Source: Mobula hypostoma
Lineage: Eukaryota
Reading direction: 5' to 3'
Assembly (NCBI RefSeq): GCF_963921235.1
Contig: NC_086109.1
Location: forward strand, 21,082,001 to 21,146,000
DNA: 64,000 bases
Every line of letters starts with the position of its first letter. The stretch's first letter is position 1. The translations under genes and the position numbers were made by a program. The notes under the pieces were generated by a model, which worked only from the letters and a program-made list of their open reading frames with translations, had not been told where the DNA came from and did not search any database. Shown here one piece after another: positions 12,233 through 25,073 of the stretch.

Positions 12233-12519
12233 CTGTTCATCACTCTTTTGCCAACCTCTGCTGAGATGTGATTTGGTGTTCTGTGACTTTGATTGGGCTC
12301 CCTTGCAACACCAAAGGCTCTACGCGAACGTGGGTTGTCGTCGTCCTGCTCGGACAGGAATCCAAGACCAGCTTTTCCTGCTCGGACCTGGGTTAAAATT
12401 GCCGTCAATGTTGGCGAAGCGTGCTGTGGTTGGAGGGTGTGCTCCTTGACTGTCAATCCAGACCTGTATACATAGGGATTGGTAAGTAATCCAGACGGAC
12501 TTTTAAGTCCTGTTTCCAT
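12233..12519 (-). CDS. Candidate first coding exon of the minus-strand gene (METGLKSPSGLL...KRVMN), product unknown
   Basis: 95-codon non-TE ORF ending at donor CAG|GTAATT; in-frame stops upstream of ATG; candidate acceptor TTCTTTCCAG| at 12631; CpGs retained. Confidence 0.5.
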
Positions 12520-13244
12520 TGGTAGTTAGGGTTAAATCACCCCTCCATCAGCTCCTATCCGTCTCTGCTCACACGCTGTTGAGTATTAAAATTTGGCAAA
12601 CTACTGAGTCGGATTTTCAGAACCTTTGTCTCTGGAAAGAATCCTCATGAATGTTTATGACTCAGGAGAGCAGATTTGTCAATGATTTGTAGGCTTTGCT
12701 TCTTGTTATAAATAATTCAGAGTGTTCAAATCTCCAGACTGAATGTACAAACTCTCAGGTAACCAACCTTGACTGACTAAATATTTGTGGGTTCTTCCTG
12801 AAACCCATCAGTGACCCACCTCAAACTCAGTTTGGGAAAATCACAGCAAGTCATAGTGTTGTACAGCACAGAAATGAGGCCCTTCAGCCCATTGTGTCCA
12901 TGTCCTCCTTCTTTGCTCGCCTGCACTAGTCCCATTTATTGCATTAGAACTGCATCCTTCTGTGCCTTGACTACTTAAGTGCATATCTCAATGTCTCTGA
13001 AAAGTAATAATTGTATCTGATTTCCCCCTCTTCCTCTGGCAGCATCCGTTATTAAGGACCCCCATCACCTGGGACATGCTCATTTCTACCATCAGAGAGG
13101 AAGTGCGGGAGCCTCAGGACGCACATGCAATGTTTTAGGAGCAGCTTCTTCCCTTCCGCCTTCAGAATTCTGACCGGTCAATGAACTCATGAACACCAGC
13201 CCACTATTTTGTACTCATTTTGCACAAATAATTTAATTTATGTA

Positions 13245-13764
13245 CAGTATAAGTGGCCACTTTATTAGGTACACCTGTTCATTAATGCAGATATTTAATC
13301 AGCCAATCATGTGGCGGCAACGCAATGCATGAAAGCGTGCAGGCGTGGTCGGGAGGTTCAGCCGTTGTTCAAACCAAACAGCAGAATGGGGAAGAAATGT
13401 GATTTAAGTGACTATATAGTTGTTGGTGCTATTGGGGATGATTTGAGTATCTCTGAAACTGTTGAAATGCTGGGGTTTTCACGTACTCCAGTCTCTAGAG
13501 TTTACAGAGAATGGGGCGAAAAACATAAAGCATCCGGTGAGCAGCAGTTCTGTGGGCGAAAACGGCCCGTCAATGAGAGAAGTCGGAGGAGAACGGCCAG
13601 ACTGGTTCAAGCTGACAGGAAGGCAACAGTAACTCAAATAACCATGCATTACAATAGTGGTGTGCAGAAGAGCATCTCTGAACGCACAACACGCTGAACC
13701 TTGAACTGGATGCCTACAGCTGCAGAAGACTGCGAGTTCCACTCCTGTAGGTGGCCACTGAGTG
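13245..13764 (+). mobile_element. Tc1-like internally deleted transposon
   Basis: TIR core AGTGGCCAC/GTGGCCACTGAGTG with flanking TA; ORF 13311-13697 has a Tc1 N-terminal HTH (MGKKCDLSD, SISETVEMLGFSR, SRVYREW). Confidence 0.88.
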
Positions 13765-14249
13765 TATGCATATATTGTAATTTATAGTATATCTTCTGTC
13801 CTGCTGCAAAACAACAAACTTCACGATGTACAACAGTGTTAATCAACCTGAACCTGTTTCTGATTATGATTGAGCATGCTTCAGGTATAAACCACTCTCT
13901 GTGTAATAAAACTTACCCCTCAGATCCCCCTTAAAAATCCTTCTTCTCACCTTAAAGCTGTGCCGTTTTATTCTAATACCCCTTCCAGAGGGGGAAAAGT
14001 AGACTTTGATCATCTACCATATCCATGTCTCCCATAATCTTACATACTTTCATCAGGTTACCCCCTCATTGTCCTTTGCTGCAGGGAAAACAAGCCCAGC
14101 CTATCCAATATCTCCCAACATATAAAGGAAAGGATGTTGGGGAGGAGTTGTTGGTTGAAGTATTTGTTCTGTCTTCTATGGGGGATGGGGCGAATGTCGG
14201 ACCACGCCAGGAAAAAGAAATGTAGGACACACTGCGGGGAATGACACAT

Positions 14250-14772
14250 ACTGTTACATAGCTAGGATGCCTAAGATTTTTGCACAGTACTGCATTTGTC
14301 AATGTAGAGCAGCGAACAAGTTTGTAAATCCGGCGGGAGCAAAAGATGTTGGGAATGGTGAGGGTGGAGCGCCACGGGAGGGGTGTGGGACAGGTGGCAG
14401 AGGAGGAGTGCCATAGCAGGGGTGGCGTAGGTACAGACACACCCAGCCCTGAGACACCAAGCAGGGTCATTTGGTTTCAAACAATTGGTTTATTGATCAT
14501 TACAGAATGTCTCTCTGGTTCTCTCTGTTCCTTCCCCTCTCTCTTCCTATTTTCCCAAATATGATTTCCCTCTCCCACTCTTCCCCCTTCCCACACTCCA
14601 TCCACAATAGAGACCCATATCAGAACCAGGTTTATCATCACTCACATTTGCCATGAATTTTTTTTGTGACAGAGGTACAGTGTAGTATATAAAATTTATT
14701 GCAATACTGTGCAAAAGTCTTACACTTTAGACATATTTATGTATGTGTGCCTAAGACTTTGTACAGTACTGT
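14250..14772. mobile_element. Tc1/mariner-type MITE with repeated TIR motifs (TACTGTGCAAAAGTCTTAGGCAC)
   Basis: TIR words in both orientations at about 14268-14292, 14705-14722 and 14747-14772; sister copy at 21263-22100. Confidence 0.75.
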
Positions 14773-15987
14773 ATATTGTACACAAAGCTGAAGAAGCAAT
14801 GGAATTTCATGGCTCCTGCAACAATACAGCTGGTTAAAACCAGAATCCTCCTTGACGGAGAGTTTCCAGGAAGAAGGACAATAGTGAGACGCAAGTAGAT
14901 ACCAAGCATGTAATCTGAAGCTTATTTAAAGAGGGAGCATCTGAGGAGTCTTCTAAAAGGAAAGGGAGGCACTTAGATTAAAGGAATCCCCTCCAGACCC
15001 TGAGGCTTTACTGCAGTGTCCTCTGATGGCTACTAACAGAGGACTGAAGAAACGCATGGTGTGCAAGAGGTCAGGGCTAAAGCATAACAGTACCTCGGCA
15101 CAGACATCCAGACAAAGCAGGGCAGTGAACAGCTGCTTTTCTCTCTGCACTCCTCTCATCGACTCTTTAACTTTAGGGATGCTCAATTCTTGAGTAAAAA
15201 GAAAATATATTTTGTTAAAATCAGAATTGTAAAGTTACCCCTCTTCCACTTTCTGTGAGCAAGAGGGAAGATTGTGTCTGGGTGGGGTACGAGTCAAAAG
15301 ATTATTCAAAGCGGCGTGCTCAGCAACACCCAGGATTTGGGATCTTTCTGCCTTTGATTGAAAACCAGTGTGAAAGATTTTAAGAGGGTTTCTCCATCTC
15401 CATTGATCTTCTCTGATGATATAGTTTTATTTTTGATGCTCCACTTTAGACATTCCCCCCAACGTCTAGCTAACCGGGTTTTTTGATTGCACAAGCAAGG
15501 ACCCCATTAACTAGGCGGGTGGAAAGTCCCATATCTCTGCTCTTGTACCTTGCCTCTTGTCCCGAAGACACAGAGAATTTCTCATTGAGTCATCTTCCCC
15601 CACATCATCTCTAGATCTCTCTCCACTATTTCTGACACTTTCAGTCTATTGCTCGCACCAACATTTCCTCCTTCATCATTCTTAAAGGACTGTTCTCTGA
15701 ACAACACCCTGATTCACCTATCCATCACACCAACACCCCCCTCCTATCCTCAGCACGTCAGCAAGCAGCCAAAGGTGGCTCATCGTTTATCTCTCTGCTC
15801 TCTACCATCCAAGCCATTAACACAGAGAGAGTGACTTATCTCTTTCTATTTGAGATATTCTACTGATGGACATGACACAGTATCCTGAGCAGTGGGTACA
15901 TCGTACACTTTGTTTAGTTACAAGCATCACCCTGGTTTTGAAATTTTCTATTAATCATTCCTCTTCAAGACAAGAGGATTTTTTTTG

Positions 15988-16238
15988 CTTGCTTACTTAA
16001 GCCGATCTGGAGCATAGGCCACTGACAGCAGCTTGCCAGAGTGCTCTGTCCTGGGCTTGTCTTTCAAGTTGTCCCCAGGTGTACCCCATCTTGACCATCC
16101 CTCCTCTCCCTGGGAGGAGGTCCTTGGAGTTTCTGTTGGCATTTCTGTAGCAATGGGTTTTATGCAAGATTGGGTTACTAGCCCTATGCCCAACACACCT
16201 CATTTCACTGCCAGGCTTGGGCCATCCATGAAAGAGTT
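15988..16238 (-). mobile_element. 251-bp bipartite non-autonomous RTE element
   Basis: Exact 13-bp TSD AGGATTTTTTTTG at 15975-15987 and 16239-16251; RTE C-terminal peptide TWGQLERQAQDRALWQAAVSGLCS; (TAAG/CAAG)n tail. Confidence 0.85.
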
Positions 16239-16349
16239 AGGATTTTTTTTGGGGTGGGACAGAATGATCCTGACACTTCTTTCTGATTGTTGTGTGAAAA
16301 AATGGTTCTTAACATAATCACAGAATTCTGGGGTCACATCCCACTAGAG

Positions 16350-16422
16350 CAGGGGCACCCAACCTGGGGTTCGCCTTGCTTAATGGTAATGTTCTACTGT
16401 ATAAAAAGTTTGGGAACCCATG
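16350..16422. mobile_element. 73-bp hAT-type MITE
   Basis: 8-bp TSD CACTAGAG at 16342-16349 and 16423-16430; TIRs CAGGGGCACCCAAC / TTTGGGAACCCATG. Confidence 0.8.
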
Positions 16423-17844
16423 CACTAGAGGAAGCGATTTCTCCCTCCTAATCTTAGCAACTCCTCAGAAATGCATAACTTTACAATTGGAGCGTCCTTT
16501 AATCTAATGTCAAGGTACTACAGACTTAGTCTATGCAACGTGATCTTTTTGTTTTATCTTTTCATTTCGAGAACCACCGAAGTTAGAAGTGAGCAGACAA
16601 CAGCTGCAAGAGCTGAGATGACTGGACAGGAAGGAGGAGGAAGAAATGTATACCATGACCCAAGGTGGCAAGGGGAATCTTGTATTAGGGTGACACTAGA
16701 GCAGAGAAATATTGTGGAAACAATGTCATTCATAATAATGGATACAGGAAAATAAAACAGAGTATGTCTATTGTTCAAAACTGTACACTGGATTTCCAGC
16801 TTTACAGTGAAAATGTTGCTGTTAAAGAACTGCAGACAACTGCAGGCTGGTGGATTTATCATGAGACTTTGATATTCCTAACTTAATACTGTGGCCTTTG
16901 CTAGAAGATCATATTTTTCCTGCTGAGTTTTACCAAATTTTTCTTGCTGCAAATTACGTTTATTTTACATCAGGTTTTGGAATGAATCCCCGCTGATTCC
17001 TATAGGCAATTCATGAGATCGCCACACAGGGGCAGCAAGACACCAAGAACCAAACAGCTGGCAAAGCTTAAACTCCCTTTTGATGATGACCTTTTATTCT
17101 TTCCCTTGTGAAGAAAGTGGGGTAGATATTAACTTTGCCCAGCGGTGAACACAGGATGTTGTATGTTATCGCCCACTTTTTCCTTTGTCCTGTGTTTTAT
17201 ATTTCCAATTGCTTCTTCATCCAAATGGAAGCACGTAAGTGTACAAATGCAAGCATGTGGTTGCATTTACAGTATGGATGTGCACACGTGCAAAAGACAT
17301 GTCAGCATACATGGAACAGTACAGCACACAATGTTGTGCTGGTCTTGATAATCAATTTATATTAAGTGTCTTTCTCCAGTGTGTATTGCTTGGTTTGTGT
17401 GTATTGCTTGGATTTCCAGCATCTGCAGATTTTCTCTTCTCATTTTTTCTTCCAGTGTATCACCCAGATCCCTCCATTCCTTTCATATTCACTTACCACT
17501 TTCTGTGTTTAAAACAGACTTCGCCCCCCCCCACCCCCCCAACCTTTCAAACATGTTCTTTGGTGTTTGACATTTTTACCCTGGGGGAACAATTCTGACT
17601 TCTACCCTATCTATGCCTCTCATAATCTTAAAAACCTCTATCAGGTCTTGTCTCACCCTATAACACTCTAGGGAAACCACTCAAGTTTGTCTAATCTTTC
17701 CTTGTAGTTTATACTTTCTAATCCAGACAGCATCCTGGTAAACCTCTTCTCCACCCTTCCACAGTCTCCACATCCTTCCTATAATGGAGCGCCCAGAACT
17801 GCCCTCAATCCTCCAAGTGCGGTCTGAATGAATTCCTTATTCTT

Positions 17845-18360
17845 TGCAACGCACGCAAAATGCTGGAGGAACTCAGCAGATAGCTCAGCATCTATGGAAA
17901 TGAATACACAGTCGGAGTTTCGGGCTGAGACTCTCTTCAGGACTGGAGAGGAAGTGGGAAGACATCAGAATAAAAAGGTGGCGGTGAGGTGAAGGAGTAT
18001 AGCTAGAAGGTAAGGCCAAGTGGGTAGAGAAGGTAAAGGGCTGGAGAGGGAGGAACCTGATATGAGAGGAGAGTGGACCATAGGAGAAAAGGGAGGAAGA
18101 GGGGATCCAGGGTAAGGTTTCAGGCAGGTGAGAAGAGGAAGGAGGCCAGAGTGAAGAATAGAAGAAGAGGGAAGGGAGAGAGAATTTTTTTTAAACAGGA
18201 AGAGAAATCGATATTCATGCCATCAGGTTGGAGGCTACCCAAACAGAATATAGGGTGTTGCTCCTCCACCCTGAGGGTGGTCTCATCTTGGCACAAAAGG
18301 AGCCCATGGACTGACACTTTGGAACGAGAATGGGAATGGGAATTAGAATCTTTGGCCACC
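17845..18360 (-). mobile_element. Penelope-like element 3' end with degenerate hammerhead (about 17910-17945)
   Basis: ORF 18120-18359 (ETTLRVEEQHPIFCLGSLQPDGMNIDFS); minus strand AGUCCUGAAGAGAGUCUCAGCCCGAAACUCCGACU. Confidence 0.85.
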
Positions 18361-18447
18361 GTTTGGAAGCCTCGGATAATGACAAGGGAAGAGTGTTACT
18401 GCTGAACCAAGGCCAGTGTTGGGGTAATTCAACATTATGTAAGTGAC

Positions 18448-18735
18448 GATTAGATTAGATTAGCTTTATTTGTCATATGTACACCGAAACATTGAAAATA
18501 CAGTGAAAGTCATCCTTTGTGTCAACCACCGACGTGGGTCAAGGACGTGCCGAGGGCAGGCTACAGGTGTCGCCGTGCTTCTGGTACCTGCATAGCACGC
18601 TCACACCTCACTAATACCAGCCTGTACATCTTTGAAATGTGGGTGAAACCGGAGAAATCACACACAGCCATGAGGAGAACCTCGATCACTGCTTGCTGTA
18701 AAGTGTTACACTGACTTCTACACTATCGTGCCACC
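18448..18735 (-). mobile_element. V-domain SINE
   Basis: (GATTA)n tail then GCTTTATTTGTCA; TGTGGGTGAAACCGGAG core remnant. Confidence 0.7.
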
Positions 18736-21700
18736 CGTTTGCACATGTTACCTACTGCACCCCTTACAGAATCTGTGCAATGTCCATTCCCTTTTCAACA
18801 ACGATGGAATCTGCTTTGCTGCACTATCTCCCTGATCACCAAGAAAGTTATCTGACCAGCACTCTGAGGGCCAGAGGATCTAGATCAGGTCATCTTTAAC
18901 TTTATAACTCCCATGAATGAAGCTCCAATACACCAACATCTCTGATTCTTAGCGCAACCTTAGTGAATTTACTTCTCAATTGCTTTCAAAGTTGACGTGC
19001 AAATACACACTCAATAATGCAAGTGCGATCCAATTACAATTTTGTAGTTGCTTCATTATCTCCTTATTTTCACATTCAAAACCTCTAGATATTATATGAA
19101 GGATGTCAATTGTCAGATTTTATATTATTATCTAATTATTCTGCCACTTTTTATGACCTATGTCCTGGCTCAGCAAGGTTTCTTCATTTCCTAATCCAGT
19201 TAAAAGATGTATCCTCTTCATTCTGTTGCTTTCAAAGTATATTATAAAGGACAGCATTTGCATGTATTTCGCAGAAAGGGAGGTAGAAATTAGAGCAACT
19301 GAATAAGACCCAGGGACGGAGTCTGAATGATAGAAAGAAATGTGGGAGGCAGAGTAAAAGATAAAGAAATAAGGAATCACAGTCAGTGATCGAGATAGAA
19401 GCAAGTGAAGCTGTTAATACAGAGTCTGACACAGAAAGAGAAAGCAGCAGTGATAGACTGTGGGAAAAAGATGGAGAAAAATAGTGAAAGTTGCAAGTAG
19501 AAAATTGGAAATAAATGGATATGGAAATGAGAGATGGGTGGGAGATAGATGCCGAATAAAGATAAGTTACAGTCTGGGTGTCATATAGTCATAGGTGGAA
19601 ATAGGCCCTTTGGCCAAACTTGTCTATGCTGACCAAGTTTGCTCTCTAGATTGGCCTATCTAAATATCTCCTATCCAGGAATAAAGGGACTGACAAAAAA
19701 GAGTAAGGGAGAAACTGATACAGATTACTGAACAAGTGACCAACCCAAAGAGGCCAAGAAATGTCAAAGGAAATGAAGGAATCAGAACCAGGTTTAATAT
19801 CACCAGCATATGTAATGAAATTTGGTAACTTAGCGGCAGCAGTACATGATAAATAAATGAAAAAAAGCTGAATTGCAGTAAGTATATAGATGCATATTCA
19901 ATGGTTAAATTAAGATAAGTAGTGCATAAAGCAGAAATTAAAATTTTAAACAAGTAGTGAGGTGGTGTTCATGGGTTCAATGTCCATTTAGAAACCAGAT
20001 GGCAGAGGGGAAGAAGCTGTTCTGAATCGCTGAGTGTGTGGCTTCAGACACAAGGAAAAAGAAATAAATATATATAATTAGGCACAGAAAAAGGAAAAGA
20101 TGATCATGCATGAGAGAATCGCTGAAAGGGAGAATGATGACAAGAACTTCTCAAGAGTCTGAGCGATACGTTATTGACTCAATAAATAAATGAAGACTGG
20201 GCCTCACGCCGCAGTGTCGCTTACTTGTAGCTGCCCAGGAGAAAGGCGTCAAAGTCAGTACGCTCCACCGAATGCAGTGTGGCACGGCGTACATGCTGGA
20301 ATTAGTGCTATCCTCTACCGTTCACCCAGCAGAAGACACGATGTATTGTGTTTAACTGCAGACTGCTGCAATATTCGTGGACTCAGGGACCTGGACTGTT
20401 GTTTTTGTGTGACTGACTATATTTTACTGCTGTTTTGTATATCCTATGTGTGCCTTGTGCTGTGTATGACTGTTAGTACTGTGTTTTTCTCACCTTGGCC
20501 CCAGATTAATGCTGTTTCGTTTGGCTGTATGCATGGGTGTTCATGTACGTTTGAATGACAGTTAAACTTGAACTTGAACAATGATACAGATCAGCAGTCA
20601 TGACCCTCAGAACGCTCCGTGTTTTCTTCTCTCCTATCAATGAATTTTCACAGGAATCATTCAACTTGTTATCTATGCAGTTGAGTGTTTTTCTAACATG
20701 CGGATGACTGCATTTGCTAAACAGATATTAGGATATTGTTTAGGTTACATTGCAGAGATTTAAGCAGATCATCTTGGCAGACATACTCAGCTTGGCATGC
20801 TAATGTAGTGGTTAATGTAACACTCTACAGCACCTGAGATTGACAATCGAGGCTCAGTTCCTACCACTGTCAGTAAGAAGTCCTCACATTTTCTCCCACA
20901 TTCCAAAGACATACAGGTCAGGGTTTGTAAGTTGTGGGCATGCTATGAAGCATGGCGACATTTGTGAGCTGCCCCCAGCACATCATGGGACTGTGTTGGT
21001 CTTTGATGAAAATGACGCATTTTACTGTATGTTTCAATGTGCATGTGACTAATGAAGCTATGAAGCTAATCTATATTCTTTCAGATGTGAGTCAAAGCCC
21101 TATTTGGTCTCTCAGCTGGATGAGTAAAGTAATGTAGTCCCATTCAAAGAACAGAGGTACTGTCTGGATAATCACCCACTAAACATCATTACCATCTGAT
21201 CATGAACACACTTCTGTTTGTTGCATCTTGCTGTGGTCTAAATTGCTGATCATACTTTGTATATACTACTGTGCAAAAGTCTTAGGCACTTGTGCATAGC
21301 TAGGGCGCCTAAATCTTTTGTACAGAACTGTATTTGTCAACATGGAGCGGACAGCAAGTTTGTAAGTCTGGTGGGAGGAGAGGAGGTTGGGAATGGTGAG
21401 AGTGGATTGCCGTTGGAGGAGGGGGTGTGGGACGGGTGGCCGAGGAGTACTAAGGGCGAGGGATGGTGTGGGTGCAGACACACCTAACCCTGAGATACCA
21501 GGCAAGGTCATTTGATTACGGAATGTCTCTTTGGTGCTTCCCACTCTCTTCCAATTTTCCCAACCATGATTCCTCTCTCCTTGCCTGCTTCCTACTCTCA
21601 GTCCACAATAGAAACCCATATCAGAATCAGGTTTATCATCATTCACGTATATCATAAAATTTCCTTTTTTTTCCAGCAGCATCACTATGCAATACATTAA

Positions 21701-21755
21701 TTACTACAGTACTGTATGAGTACCAAAATCTTAGGCACCCTAGCTATATATATAT

Positions 21756-22020
21756 AGGCATCCGTTAGTCTCATGAGACCATGGATTTGCACCTTGGAAG
21801 GTTTCCAGGGTGCAGGCCTGGGCAAGGTTGTATGGAAGACAGGCAGTTGCCCATGCTGCAACTCTCCCCTCTCCACGCCACCCATGTTGTCCAAGGGAAG
21901 GGCATTAGGACCCATACCGCTTGGCACCAGTGTTGTCGCAGAGCAATGTGTGGTTAAGTGCCTTGCTCAAGGACACAACACGTTGCCTCAGCTGAGGGCC
22001 GAACTAGCGACCTTCAGATC
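21756..22020 (-). mobile_element. tRNA-derived SINE with RTE-type 3' tail
   Basis: Tail CCATGGTCTCATGAGACTAACGGATGCC matches the 3' end of the RTE at about 23370-23398; sister copy at 51432-51720. Confidence 0.85.
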
Positions 22021-22040
22021 ACACACACACACACACACAC

Positions 22041-22081
<41 letters not shown>
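22021..22081. repeat. Compound (AC)n(AT)n(GT)n microsatellite
   Basis: Read directly from the sequence. Confidence 0.95.
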
Positions 22082-22085
<4 letters not shown>

Positions 22086-22153
22086 ACTTTTGCGCTGTAC
22101 TTTATGTTACAGTAAATAAAATTCAAAAGTAGTTAATTTGCTTGTAAGATGTC

Positions 22154-23405
22154 ACACAGACATGAAGGGTGTCGTTCAGTTCGACGGCTCTTCTTCGGAG
22201 GCCTTCAGCATCCGCAGCGATGTGAAGCAGGGCTGTGTGCTTGCCCCCACCCTGTTCGGCATCTTCTTCGCAGTCATGCTGAAGCACGCCTTTGGGACAT
22301 CAACTGATGGTGTCTACCTCCACACCAGATCGGACGGGAGGCTGTTCAGTCTGTCCTGGCTGAGGGTGAAAACCAAGGTTCGCGAAGTACTCATCAGGGA
22401 CATGTTGTTTGCAGATAATGCGGTACTGGCAACACACTCTGAAGAGCAACTGCAGCGCCTCATGGACACCTTCTCAAGAGCCTGCCAGGACTTCAGCTTG
22501 ACCATCAGCCTGAAGAAGACCAACGTGTTGGGCCAAAGCGTTGAGCACCCCCCTGCCATCACCATCAACAACTACGAGCAGGAGGTAGTCCACGAGTTTA
22601 CATACCTTGGCTTCACCATCACGGATAGTCTCTCCCTAGACCCCGAGATCAACAGACGGATCGGACGAGCAGCCTCAACATTCACCAGGCTGACAAAAAG
22701 AGTCTGGGAGAACAGAAAGCTGACGACCCACACCAAAGTTGCAGTCTACAGGGCCTGCGTCCTCAGCACACTGCTTTACGGCAGCGAGGTCTGGAGCCTC
22801 TACTACAGACAAGAGCAGTGTCTCAACGCCTTCCACCTTCGCAGCCTGAGACGCATTCTGGACATTAAGTGGACTGACTGAATCACCAACAATGAGGTCC
22901 TGACCCATGCCCAGATACCCAGCCTCTTCACCCTGCTCCAACAACGCCGTCTCCGCTGGCTGGGCCACGTACACCGCATGTCAGACGGAAGGATCCCGAA
23001 AGACCTGCTGTACGGGAAACTGGCCTCTGGCAAGAGAGTGCAAGGGCAGCCCCGTCTTCGTTTCAAAGACGTTTGCAAGAGAGACATGAAGTCACTGAAA
23101 ATGAACGTTGAGAGGTGGGAGGATATTGCAAGCGATCGCTCTCACTGGAGGCTGGAACTACGCAGAGATCTAAAAAGAGGAGAAGAGAAGCTGAGGCTTG
23201 CTGCTGAAGAAAAGCGCACTCGTTGGAAAAACAGCACCAAGACAACACTGGAGGACAGTGCCTTCAAGTGCAGTTGCTGCAGCCGAGACTGTCACTCCCG
23301 TGTGGGACTCTACAGCCACAACAGACGCTGCTCTAACACAGACTGAAGCAAGACTTTCCAGGCGCAGATCCATGGTCTCGCGAAACTAACGGATGCCACC
23401 ACCAC
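22154..23405 (+). mobile_element. 5'-truncated RTE-clade LINE with near-intact RT C-half
   Basis: VKQGCVLAPTLF, MLFADNA, FTYLG, GRIPKDLLYG and a C-terminal zinc-finger-like CxxC..H; one in-frame TGA at 22879-22881; TSD AAGATGTC at 22146-22153 and 23406-23413. Confidence 0.93.
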
Positions 23406-23534
23406 AAGATGTCCTGAGTTGATAAATTGGAGTTTGTTATTTGTTGTCAGTCTTTACAATTCATGAAAATTTTGAGGATTTTCTACTTGACACAGAGTCA
23501 CCAGGGTCTTGTGAAAGGAAAGTCATGTATTGGG

Positions 23535-24800
23535 GTTCAGAATCAGAATTAGGGTTATTATCACTGACATATACAGGTATTACGAAATCTGTTGTATTTG
23601 TGGCCACAAGTCATAAATCGATACTCTATAAAATATAAAATAAATAATGCAAAAGAAGAATAGTGAGGTTGTGTTCGTGGACCATTCAGAAATCTGATGG
23701 CAGAGTGGGAGAGGCTGTTCCTAAAATGTTACATGTGTGTCTTCATGCTCCTGTATCTTCTACGTGATGGCAGTAATGGAAGAAGGCATGTCTTGGAAGC
23801 TGAGAATTCTTAAGTACTGATGCCGCCTTTTTGAGGCACCGTCTCTGGAAGACATCATTGGTGTTGGGGAGGCTTATCCCTGCAATGGAGGAGGCTGAGT
23901 CTACAACCCTCTACAGCCTCTTTCAATTCTGGGCATTGGAGCCTCCATATCAGGTACTGATGCAACCAATCAGAAGGCTCTCCACAGTACATCTGTAGAA
24001 ATTTGCTAGTCTTTGGTGACAAGGGTGTGATGCTGAGGCACTGGTGAGGCCTCACCTTGAGTATTGTGAGCAGTTTTGGGCCCCTCATCTAAGAAAAGAT
24101 GTGCTGGCATTGGAGAGGCTCCAGAGATGGTTCACAAAGATGATTCCAGGAATGAAAGAATTATCATAACAAGGAATGTTTGATGGCTCTGGGTCTGTAC
24201 TCGCTGGAATTCAGAAGGATGAGGGGGGATCTCATTGGAACTTTTCGAATGTTGAAAGGCCTATACAGAGTAGATGTGGAAAGGATGTTTCCCATGGTGG
24301 GAGAGTCCGGGACAAGAGGACACAGTCTCAGGATAGGAGGGCGCCCTTTCGAAACAGAGATGCAGAGAAATTTCTTTAGCCAAAGGGTGGTGAATTTGGG
24401 GAACTTGTTGCCACATGCAGCTGTGGAGGCCAGGTAGGTGGGTGTATTTAAGGCAGATATTGATAGGTTCTTGATTGGACATGGCATCAAAGGTTACGGG
24501 GAGAAGGCTGGGAACTGGGGTTGAGGAGGAGATAGAAAAAAGGATCAGCCTTGATTGAATGGCGGAGCAGACTCAATGGGCCAAATGGCCTGATTCTGCT
24601 CCTCTGTCTTATGGTCTATTCCAAATTTTCTCAAACTCATAATAAAGCATAGCCACTGACGTGCGTTGGTCATGACCATATCAGTATGTTGGGGACAGGT
24701 TAGAGACTTTGAGATGTTTACACCCCGGAACTTGAAGCTGATCACTCTTTCTACTGCTGACCCCTCAATGAGGACTGGCGTGCATTCTGAATCCGTCCTC
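23535..24800 (-). mobile_element. Rex1/Babar-type LINE fragment split by a CR1 insertion
   Basis: VERVISFKFRGVNISKSLT in ORF 24545-25006; tail at about 23536-23550. Confidence 0.75.
24025..24618 (+). mobile_element. CR1 3' fragment
   Basis: ORF 24180-24437 (LGLYSLEFRRMRGDLI, RNFFSQRVVNL). Confidence 0.9.
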
Positions 24801-25073
24801 TCTGAAGATAGAACATAATGTTGTGGGTCAAGTGAACTGATGGACATGAACTGATGGATATTTGAAAGAGCACAGCAGCAGCAGCTGGGAATATGGGAAA
24901 AAGTGGAATTATCCATTTTGGCATAAAAATGCAGTAGAACGAAACAAAGCTTATGATTTCTGTGGTGCTGAGGAAGCTGGGTATATGCTTTGTAAAAGAT
25001 TAACATTCAGGAACACAAAGTTAGTAAGAAAGGTACTAGAAAGTTACTTCTATTGCTAGGGGAATTGAACATA

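Larger units (their letters stand above)
21263..22100. mobile_element. Tc1/mariner-type MITE (same family as 14250-14772) carrying a SINE insertion
   Basis: TACTGTGCAAAAGTCTTAGGCAC at the left end; GACTTTTGCGCTGTA at the right end. Confidence 0.72.

Noticed and set aside
17018..17040. CTCF site (CCACACAGGGGGCAGC)
   Set aside because: The 3' half fits but the 5' CCASY is out of register; unsupported without a PWM scan or ChIP data
22138..23346. Longest ORFs (247 aa and 122 aa) as a host gene
   Set aside because: RTE reverse transcriptase fragment, 5'-truncated, with a TSD and an in-frame stop
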